Source: Nemertoderma westbladi (Eukaryota; Animalia; Xenacoelomorpha). Taken from it: DNA of 64,000 nt. The position numbers were made by a program, and so were the translations under genes. Below, one piece after another: positions 22,101 to 30,617 of the stretch. Under the pieces are notes generated by a model. It was not told the origin of the DNA and searched no databases. It worked only from the letters and a program-made list of their open reading frames with translations. The stretch covers positions 55,830-119,829 of the forward strand of contig JAUCBJ010001176.1 in the NCBI GenBank assembly GCA_032718475.1, written 5' to 3'. Positions within the stretch are counted from its first letter, which is position 1; each line of letters opens with the position of its first letter.

Positions 22101-22885
22101 AAGGATACATCTCCGCTATGCCCCAATATGACGAACTTATCGAGGTTGTCGATATTTTGCCCCACGACAGTGGATTCCGAGTAGTGCGCGAGTATCTACT
22201 ACAGATTCACCCGGATAACAAAAACACGTGGAATTTTCAGAAAGTCGTTAATCGGATTACGTATGGTGAATTCGATCGTTTCCGAACTGAAAAACGGAAT
22301 AAAGGAGCTTGGTTAACCGTCGCATGGGCGTACCGAGCCGCGTTTTACCATAAACGTATACGAGCGAGCGTATTCGAGGAAGAAGAGGTCCTAGAGGCGA
22401 CAAATATACCAGCCACTCCGGTTGCGCCGTCTGCACGTCACCCTCGGGAGGACGGACAGGGTAGGATCATACGGGTCCAGAAAGTGGGCCAACAATTAAA
22501 GAAAATTATTAATATAGAAGAACGCAAGGGAGTTGAGCCGACCATTCGAGTTACTCGGGATACGGTATCGCTTCCTAGAGAACCAGTAGGAGGATCGGGA
22601 CATACACCAGCTGATCAACAGGGGGCGCAAGCTACTCTTGGGTCTGCGTCGTCCGCTTCTCACGCGTTCCCAGACGTTCTACCAACTGTAGTGACAACTG
22701 ATCGGTCACGAGGAATTGGTCGAGGTTTTGGGATGCCAAACAGACGAATTTGCGAGGAAATAGTCGCACCGTCTCTCAACGTCCAAACGAAACCAGTGAC
22801 TCGCCCCACAAGTCCCATATCGCGAGCAAAGTCGCCTGTGCGCAGTTTTCGAGGACGCGGCAGGGCTCGATCCACTAAGCGATAA
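19160..22885 (+). CDS. Accessory ORF3 (1241 aa): DEDDy 3'-5' exonuclease (WRN/EXD/Mut-7-like) plus three CCHC zinc knuckles
   Basis: ExoI FYDNEG, then TIQIR; ExoII LPKMVRNMILDKTVVKIGSGVREDL; YVDTRPL; KTGTGYISYLLF; ExoIII W...LQYYLAIES. Knuckles CSKCGVAGHHMTKC, CGWCGDQGSHTFYTC, CTYCNIKGHRASEC. No signal peptide or TM segment seen. Confidence 0.8.
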   Translation: MEKGIQGEPRWGYDIQEEAAAPFERFGAKDYTIFGIKELSESTAKLARTKYDSNVLKRRQNALNERVESLRQTFNELYPYDALCDTGDICEDPDTEISRLYHTMQYLKAHEPMPAVRDEFDGMHLYRRTRGDDRETKEAFSVYKLYYQCGSCMREQRNAIPMRLNKENPEPILARCSNHQQLRYQEGGYPLSNPYHSFAMTGPKAGETVIYPPKVVEPDVFELTLDEANQSTREKKEALSLYRAYKAFEKGEMEEWGGRLASLPCHWTSHDQTPAKEMTPEVFESINFAQNVIQRLQIASPERTREMQPYSTSTTKPLSTTLNFPISIPVRQDTTYEIPIVDHPEIISNLEFLPAVVFSDMSKIYDLRRHITQKVVYNVPPHIQDFKELDRAGADIAPSNLKGYLTKTIRLWIGTGTFESDTDIAADWRGKVIRFEEDKDIEKIWQPSEELLDEWNRTFRSFQENGYMFYDNEGGSHQQSLTSKTIQIRAADGVLHVFSRQRSDKRMPIPPANTKRHHLITDIVKKMDQACNIDARMLPKMVRNMILDKTVVKIGSGVREDLISDFAGMTDSDDRLPTPYVDTRPLILWSIEQGYFREYNTQKTGTGYISYLLFNWDYKENKRNKYIETYGEGDTPDMSEFESQLKWRGCVYWAITSPPRAVLQYYLAIESSVNVCLIADIVSRTLKRHPLCLGEDHTFYMEGRIRTDVFRRFLEPFYNSDAQCNAFTRAGFSIFRDVYLRCAGSLIERPSMFTLLPYEGERIVEITEESRQTRAPIGHLGDEFEVTTTIADDPLEELLEIERNLPKKSQTEIRQLEATDAIVCIQPSETYQPIDPDDYDYSMGGSARPIGDLIYERVWYPANTMCSKCGVAGHHMTKCSGKHITTTQLICGWCGDQGSHTFYTCWRFMAQCTYCNIKGHRASECQLRDIPYEHESVKLVRKLFDEWEDLADEHVSAQRRRFPMRAHLGFWAVNPQTMMSEGYISAMPQYDELIEVVDILPHDSGFRVVREYLLQIHPDNKNTWNFQKVVNRITYGEFDRFRTEKRNKGAWLTVAWAYRAAFYHKRIRASVFEEEEVLEATNIPATPVAPSARHPREDGQGRIIRVQKVGQQLKKIINIEERKGVEPTIRVTRDTVSLPREPVGGSGHTPADQQGAQATLGSASSASHAFPDVLPTVVTTDRSRGIGRGFGMPNRRICEEIVAPSLNVQTKPVTRPTSPISRAKSPVRSFRGRGRARSTKR

Positions 22886-23775
22886 AAGGGAGGGCAAGGG
22901 TGGACGGAAGACTCGTGAGCCTTTCTTATGATTTGTGATTTATTTGAATTTATATTTATATTTGTGTTTATTCCGAACTTAAGCAATTTGTATTGTTCCG
23001 AATTTATGAAATTTAGAAAGCAGTTTATATCTATATTTAGTACGACTTATATTTAGTAAGAATTTATATTTGTAAGAATTTATATTTTATATTTGTAATT
23101 ATTTCGAACTTATGCAATTTATATTATTTCGAACTTATGCAATTTATATTATTTCGAACTTATGCAATTTATATTATTCCGAACTTATGCAATTTATATT
23201 GTTCCGAATACTATGCAATTTATATCTTATAAGCAGTATTTGTATTTACAGTGAAATAGAAAGTAAGAGTAGATGGAAGACTCGTGGGCCTTTCTTATAG
23301 TTTCATTTGTAAAGTGTTATATTTTGTATTTAGAAAGTTTTATAGTCAGAAAGTTTGTGCTTAGAAAGACTCATATTTGTAATTATTCCGAACTTATGCA
23401 ATCTACATTTAGGCACGAAAGTATTTGTAATTATTTGAATTTATGCAATATTTGAGATGCAATAGTAGATGGAAGACTCGCGAGCCTTTCTTATTGTTTT
23501 CATTTATTTGTATTTGTAATTGTCTGAATTTATGCAATATTGAGATGCAATAGATTTATATTGGTGAATTTAATTTAGATTTATATTGTACTTACTTAGT
23601 AAAGCCTTAAATACGTAAAGTTTGAATTTGTAATTATTTTGTATCGAATCATTACGTAGAAAGGAAGTATTATTTGAAATTTAATTGTAAATATGTAAGT
23701 ACGCCCTAAGTATTCTATAGTTTGATTGATTATTGGTGAAAACCGTATATTTTATGCACGATAATATCCTGTTTT

Positions 23776-23785
23776 CATGGAGCGG
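23776..23785 (+). promoter_or_regulatory. Short putative polypurine tract
   Basis: CATGGAGCGG directly abutting the 3' LTR. Confidence 0.5.
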
Positions 23786-25700
23786 TATAGAATTATATTC
23801 CCTAAATGCCGTGGATTTTCAAAATTTTATTTTATTCGAATTAACTTTGTAAAAGATTACTTTGAGTCCTCATTTGTGTTTGTTCTATCATTTGTACGCC
23901 TATCGGTCAAGTGGTTCAGTAGCTCAGTCGGTAGAGCGTTGGAAATTATATGTGTAGTAGGTATTGAGTTCGAATCCTAGTAAGTGCGAATTATTTTTTG
24001 TACAGAATTTCAACTCATTTAAATTGACCGCTACAAATTAATTGCATTTGTCTGTACCAATGAGACTGTAGTTATTTGATTGTAACCAATGTCGTGCAAG
24101 TTATATATTAGCTGGACCAATAGCTATCTTTAAAACCCTGTTAGAACCTATAGAACAATCGAGAATTTTCTCGATTGATTGCAGCACAAATTTGCTATAT
24201 AAAGGTGCGATTTGTTCATTAGTTCTCTCTCTCAATCTTACACATCACAATCTTATACATTCATTATCTCAGTGCATTCTATCTATATCTTTCTGATCTC
24301 ATTAGTTATTATCTTATCTGTTTGATTTTGTAATAAAAGTTAGAAATACTTGTCAATCTCAGCCCTTTTCTATCTGTTTTACCATGGATTCACTACGGTG
24401 AACAAACCTAAGGGACAGGATGGCCGGCTAGAGATCGGGCCGCAGCAATGAACGGGAACATCGAGGGAATGTAGACCAGAGACAACCCGCAATACCATCT
24501 CGAGTTATTCGCCCATCGCCTGAAAGGTTAGACAGCGTTCGACGCCTTGCTACCTAAGTGTAAGACCAAAAGATCAAAAGGGTAGAAGTAGTGACACGCT
24601 GTGAGCCTAAAATTACATCTTAGGGACTGTACTGTCTTGATTCAGGAAAAACCGCAGTAGACCTTCATATTCCTACGGGGGGAGAGCGCAGGCAGATACT
24701 AGTACGCAGATAGGACGTAGGCACACCGGTACGAAGCATACAAATTGGTAGGGTGCAGCAAACTGTACGCCTAACTCTTGCTAAGTGCAGGTGCGCTTGC
24801 GACTATTTGCAGTACAACGGTGTCCATTGCATTAGAACTTGTAGGCTAGGAGGGTTGCTGTGTTTTCACCTGAATTAGGATTGTACCGTTCAGGCGGTAG
24901 GGCAGTTTACAACTAGGCGCAAATAAATTGAGGCTATTAGGGATATACTAACATCTACCGTGTCCCCGCCAACGTCTTGATAGGAAGTTACCCAGCCTAC
25001 CTAGGTGACTAAAATTCTAGATAAGAGCCAGGATAGCTATTAGTAACTGTACGCCTACAGTAGTAAACTAACACATCTCTTCTTAGTATCAGGGACCTGG
25101 TACCTAAAATTGCCGAATTCTGGGCGTAGCATTAACCTTATGCCTGAATTTGAGTCCTGGAAATACGCAAGAGGGGAAGGAACCTTATCATTCGTGAGTA
25201 TTGGACCTACAAGTTACAAAATTAGAATATTCGTAAAATGCACACCGTACCCAGTAATTATATATGTGAAGGAGCAAAACTGCTTTTGACCGTTCAGAAT
25301 TGACACACGCGCGTTAGAAATGATTTACACCTCAAAATATATAAAATTAACTTTCGTCCTTACTGCACTTTGCTCGCTAGTTAGACATCTCCAAATATCT
25401 GCCTCTGTACCTAGCTAGCGTCCCTTTGCCCAACCATATAAATCACACCGCGGCAAAGTATACGAGCCCCTTAGTCCGTCAGTGAGTCAGCCTGATTTTA
25501 GGATTCGCTGCGCGGGATTTTGTTTTATCGAAGTTTGTCTGCTCGTAGACTGTTTTCTGCCTCACCGGTTATAAGAGATCGATACTGCAATATATTCGCT
25601 TACTTAGAGTTTACTGTTTTGGTGAGAAGGTCGGATTTATGATTTGATTCACAAACTTTACAGTAGGACATTGCAGGTATTGTTACTGTCTCTTCGAATA
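23786..25700 (+). repeat. 3' LTR (1915 bp)
   Basis: Same length and termini as the 5' LTR. Only four substitutions found by eye. Confidence 0.97.
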
Positions 25701-28268
25701 TTGATGGTTCGTTTTATTCTAGCTGGTGGGTATTGGTTGGTTTGCTGGTTCGTTTTATTCTAGCTGGTGGGTATTGGTTGGTTTGTGCTGGGCATTGGTT
25801 GGTTTGTGCTGGGCATTGGTTGGTTTGCTGGTTCGTTTTATTCTAGCTGGTGGGTATTGTTTGGTTTGCTGGTTCGTTTTATTCTAGCTGGTGGGTATTG
25901 GTTGGTTTGCTGGTTCGTTTTATTCTAGCTGGTGGGTATTGGTTGGTTTGCTGGTTCGTTTTATTCTAGCTGGTGGGTATTGGTTGGTTTGTGCTGGGCA
26001 TTGGTTGGTTTGTGCTGGGCATTGGTTGGTTTGCTGGTTCGTTTTATTCTAGCTGGTGGGTATTGGTTGGTTTGCTGGTTCGTTTTATTCTAGCTAGTGG
26101 GTATTGGTTGTTTTGTGCTGGGTATTGGTTGGTTTGCTGGTTCGTTTTATTCTAGCTGGTGGGTATTGTTTGGTTTGCTGGTTCGTTTTATTCTAGCTGG
26201 TGGGTATTGGTTGGTTTGCTGGTTCGTTTTATTCTAGCTGGTGGGTATTGGTTGGTTTGTTGGGTATTGGTTGGTTAGCTGGGTATTGGTTGGTTTGCTG
26301 GTTCGTTTTATTCTAGCTTGTGGGTATTGGTTGGTTTGCTGGTTCGTTTTATTCTAGCTGGTGGGTATTGGTTGGTTTGCTGGTTCGTTTTATTCTAGCT
26401 GGTGGGTATTGTTTGGTTTGCTGGTTCGTTTTATTCTAGCTGGTGGGTATTGGTTGGTTTGCTGGTTCGTTTTATTCTAGCTAGTGGGTATTGGTTGGTT
26501 TGCTGGTTCGTTTTATTCTAGCTGGTGGGTATTGTTTGGTTTGCTGGTTAGTTTTATTCTAGCTGGTTTGTATTGGTTGGTTTGTGCTGGGCATTGGTTG
26601 GTTTGCTGGTTCGTTTTATTCTAGCTGGTGGGTATTGTTTGGTTTGCTGGTTCGTTTTATTCTAGCTGGTGGGTATTGTTTGGTTTGCTGGTTCGTTTTA
26701 TTCTAGCTGGTGGGTATTGTTTGGTTTGCTGGTTCGTTTTATTCTAGCTGGTGGGTATTGGTTGGTTTGCTGGTTCGTTTTATTCTAGCTGGTGGGTATT
26801 GGTTGGTTTGTGCTGGGCATTGGTTGGTTTGTGCTGGGCATTGGTTGGTTTGTGCTGGGCATTGGTTGGTTTGCTGGTTCGTTTTATTCTAGCTGGTGGG
26901 TATTGGTTGGTTTGCTGGTTCGTTTTATTCTAGCTGGTGGGTATTGGTTGGTTTGCTGGTTCGTTTTATTCTAGCTGGTGGGTATTGTTTGGTTTGCTGG
27001 TTCGTTTTATTCTAGCTGGTGGGTATTGGTTGGTTTGCTGGTTCGTTTTATTCTAGCTAGTGTGTATTGGTTGGTTTGCTGGTTCGTTTTATTCTAGCTA
27101 GTGGGTATTGGTTGGTTTGCTGGTTCGTTTTATTCTAGCTGGTGGGTATTGGTTGGTTTGCTGGTTCGTTTTATTCTAGTTAGTGGGTATTGGTTGGTTA
27201 GTTGGGTATTGGTTGGTTTGCTGGTTCGTTTTATTCTAGCTGGTGGGTATTGGTTGGTTTGCTGGTTCGTTTTATTCTAGCTGGTGGGTATTGGTTGGTT
27301 TGCTGGTTCGTTTTATTCTAGCTAGTGGGTATTGGTTGGTTTGTTGGGTATTGGTTGGTTTGCTGGTTCGTTTTATTCTAGCTGTTGGGTATTGGTTGTT
27401 TTGTGCTGGGTATTGGTTGGTTTGCTGGTTCGTTTTATTCTAGCTGGTGGGTATTGGTTGGTTTGCTGGTTCGTTTTATTCTAGCTGGTGGGTATTGTTT
27501 GGTTTGCTGGTTCGTTTTATTCTAGCTGATGGGTATTGGTTGGTTTGCTGGTTCGTTTTATTCTAGCTAGTGTGTATTGGTTGGTTTGCTGGTTCGTTTT
27601 ATTCTAGCTAGTGGGTATTGTTTGGTTTGCTGGTTCGTTTTATTCTAGCTGGTGGGTATTGGTTGGTTTGCTGGTTCGTTTTATTCTAGCTAGTGGGTAT
27701 TGGTTGGTTTGTTGGGTATTGGTTGGTTTGCTGGTTCGTTTTATTCTAGCTGGTGGGTATTGGTTGGTTTGCTGGTTCGTTTTATTCTAGCTGGTGGGTA
27801 TTGGTTGGTTTGCTGGTTCGTTTTATTCTAGCTAGTGGGTATTGGTTGGTTTGTTGGGTATTGGTTGGTTTGCTGGTTCGTTTTATTCTAGCTGGTGGGT
27901 ATTGGTTGGTTTGCTGGTTCGTTTTATTCTAGCTAGTGGGTATTGGTTGGTTTGTGCTGGGTATTGGTTGGTTTGCTGGTTCGTTTTATTCTAGCTGGTG
28001 GGTATTGGTTGGTTTGCTGGTTCGTTTTATTCTAGCTGGTGGGTATTGGTTGGTTTGCTGGTTCGTTTTATTCTAGCGGGTGGGTATTGGTTGGTTTGCT
28101 GGTTCGTTTTATTCTAGCTGGTGGGTATTGGTTGGTTTGCTGGTTCGTTTTATTCTAGCTGGTGGGTATTGGTTGGTTTGCTGGTTCGTTTTATTCTAGC
28201 TGGTGGGTGTTGATTGGTTTGCTGGTTCGTTTTGTTCTAGCTTGTGGGTATTGGTTGGTTAGCTGGTT
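25701..28268. repeat. 41-bp satellite array, right part
   Basis: Same unit as 6987-8272, resuming in register after the TSD. Confidence 0.97.
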
Positions 28269-28450
28269 GTTTCTCATTCTGATATTCAGTTTGATAGAGA
28301 GTCAGCACCCCATTTAGAAACATCACCCTCACTACCCTTCCGCGGTCTGAATTCTTGATTACAGTATGCCAAAATTGGACCAAAACCGGTATAAGTTTGT
28401 TCTGTGCAGCAGTGTTATGTAATGGCTAGTGGTACTAGTATAGTATGTAT

Positions 28451-29473
28451 GGGTAACAGTTCCGTATAGAACTGCATTTTTATAACATAAATCATTGTTA
28501 CCATGGCAACAGTGAAGAGTTCTAGAACAAAAAATATATAATATACACTATTCTAGAACAAAAGTAAAATAAAGAAATTATTATTCTAGAACATATAGCT
28601 AGTAATTTTTAAATTTAAAATAGCTAGTAATAATAACAAAAAAAATTAAATTTATTTCCAGTCGGTAAATAAACAGCAGGAAAGAGGAATATGCAGTTTG
28701 GGGTCATTGCACTGGGCTACACGGCCATTGGATTTTTATATTGTATGAAACTCGCTGGTTACAGTAGTGGCGGCCTCAACCCTAATTAAAACCGTCATGT
28801 AACCCTAAGTCATATTCTAAGAAATTTAGCGCAATTTCTTAGATTATGACTTAGGGTTAGGGTTACTTACGACATGGCAGTTTTAATTAGGGTTGAGGCC
28901 TGACCAACTAACCCTAACCAAAATAATAAACCAAACCATCTTTACAAGAATAAATGGTTATGATAGGCCTATGACAGTATGACCGGTAACTGAGTACCGG
29001 TAACTGTCTGACTAAAGGTGGTTTGCAAGAGTACTGCAGTACAAGTAAGAAAAAGTGTACGTACCGGAAACTGCATTGATCCGTAAAGAGTGTCCAAAAG
29101 CGATTAAAAGAAAGTTAAGTCCAAAATTAGAAAAATTTATGACGCAAGACCATGGTGCAAGGAGTGCAATGCCCATCAAGAGAAATTCTCTGAAAAACTT
29201 ACCGAATTCTTGTGGAGACGTCAGATACGTAAGGGAAAATTGCTATTTTAAAATCTTTTTTTCTTTATCTTTATCTTTATATAAATTTTTTATTTATTAG
29301 CTATTTTAAATTTAAAAAAAAACTAGCTATATGTTCTAGAACATAGTATTTTTTATTTTATTTATGTTCTAGAATAGTATATATCACTTGTCTATTGTTC
29401 TAGAACTCTTCAACGTTGCTATAGTAACAATGACATATGTTTTAAAAATACAGTTCTATACGGAACTCTAGCC
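28451..29473. mobile_element. Merlin-like MITE copy with ~600-bp internal insert; 8-bp TSD GTATGTAT
   Basis: GGGTAACAGTTCCGTATAGAACTG ... CAGTTCTATACGGAACTCTAGCC, with GTATGTAT on both sides. Confidence 0.8.
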
Positions 29474-29860
29474 GTATGTATAACCGGTAGCCTATTAGTA
29501 TAGTATGTATACAGCAAATTTGTAAGAACCTTTGTGATTTTATTGGGGTTATTGTTGTATGTATTGATATTTGTGAATGTTCTGTAACATTACTCGAAAA
29601 TTTTTTAAGGTAGCTAGTGTTTTTTTAATAGCTAGTATTTTTTGAAATTGTAAAAATATTTATTTTTTTTCAGATTTTTGTTAATAGTAAAGTGCTCTCG
29701 AACATTAGTAGATATTATTTATTAAGGTAGCTTGTGTTTTTTTCGTTTTTTTTTTACTAGCTAGCAATGTACTATATAAATAAATTGGAGTTGAGCTGAG
29801 ATATGATATGCAACTTAAGACTGCCTGTTCAATAGAAGTGGATTAGATGGGATAGTGAAT

Positions 29861-29970
29861 GTCAGGGACAAGTGGCTGAACTGGTTAGCGCTACTGATGA
29901 AGCCTGATAGGCTGAAACGTACGTATAGAGCGCTGGTTCAACCCCCGGTGACGTGCTTTCTCATTTTTTC
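29861..29970 (+). ncRNA. tRNA-like Pol III element containing a minimal type I hammerhead ribozyme
   Basis: A box TGGCTGAACTGG 29873-29884; CTGATGA 29894-29900; stem II AGCCT/AGGCT; GAAA 29914-29917; palindromic CGTACG; GUA cleavage triplet ending 29925; stem I AGCGCTA/TAG-AG-CGCT; B box GGTTCAACCC 29935-29944; T6 terminator at 29964. Confidence 0.8.
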
Positions 29971-30063
29971 CATTTCTGAACAAAACCATAACATTACATC
30001 AAAAATATACATACTATACTAGTACCGGGGTGCGGGGTAGTAAACACTCTTAATTTGGGAGAC

Positions 30064-30305
30064 AGGGGGGAAACTGGACGCAAAACCCGCCTGTCGAATT
30101 AATATGCCACCTCAATGTTAAATTCTCAATTTAGGGAAAGGAACAGGTTACAGTGGCACGTTATTTTAACCAAAACAATAAACTGATCATAATAGAACAG
30201 GCTACAGTTTTATTTTTGAGAATAATCAGCTGTTATTTGCGTCGAATTTCCCCTGGAGATGGATGAATTTTTATTGCGTCCAGTTTCCCCCCCCCCCCCC
30301 CCCTA
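30064..30305. mobile_element. Small MITE-like element with terminal inverted repeats
   Basis: AGGGGGGAAACTGGACGCAA ... TTGCGTCCAGTTTCCCCCC. Confidence 0.6.
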
Positions 30306-30617
30306 TCTGTAATTTGGCGGCATATTAAATGCAATTGAATTTAAATTCAACATTTTGTTGAGTAACTTATCCTGTTCTTATCTTCTCAACTAACTTCGTT
30401 TAATTGTTCGTTATTACCATTAGAGATTTCAATCCTAAATACAGCTGCCAGTAATTTAGCCGTCAAAATATGACGCAAGAAAATATGACGAAACATAATA
30501 TTGTCTTTTCCTAAATTGGTTAATACATTAATATTAGGTTGAACCGATAATTTATTTAATGTAATGTAATTTATGTATCAATTTGTTATATAATCACATA
30601 TCTATTATATTATTACT

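Larger units (their letters stand above)
8273..25700 (+). mobile_element. BEL/Pao (Belpaoviridae) LTR retrotransposon, 17,428 bp, with an extra ORF3
   Basis: Two 1915-bp near-identical LTRs; perfect 5-bp TSD TTGAT (8268-8272 and 25701-25705); gag-RT-RNase H-integrase order with BEL signatures (FYVDD, ELHCFSDAS, SDQGTNF, PWRGGVWE). Confidence 0.97.

Noticed and set aside
19160-22885. ORF3 as an envelope (env) gene
   Set aside because: No signal peptide, transmembrane segment or fusion-protein cysteine pattern. The motifs fit a nuclease and zinc knuckles instead.
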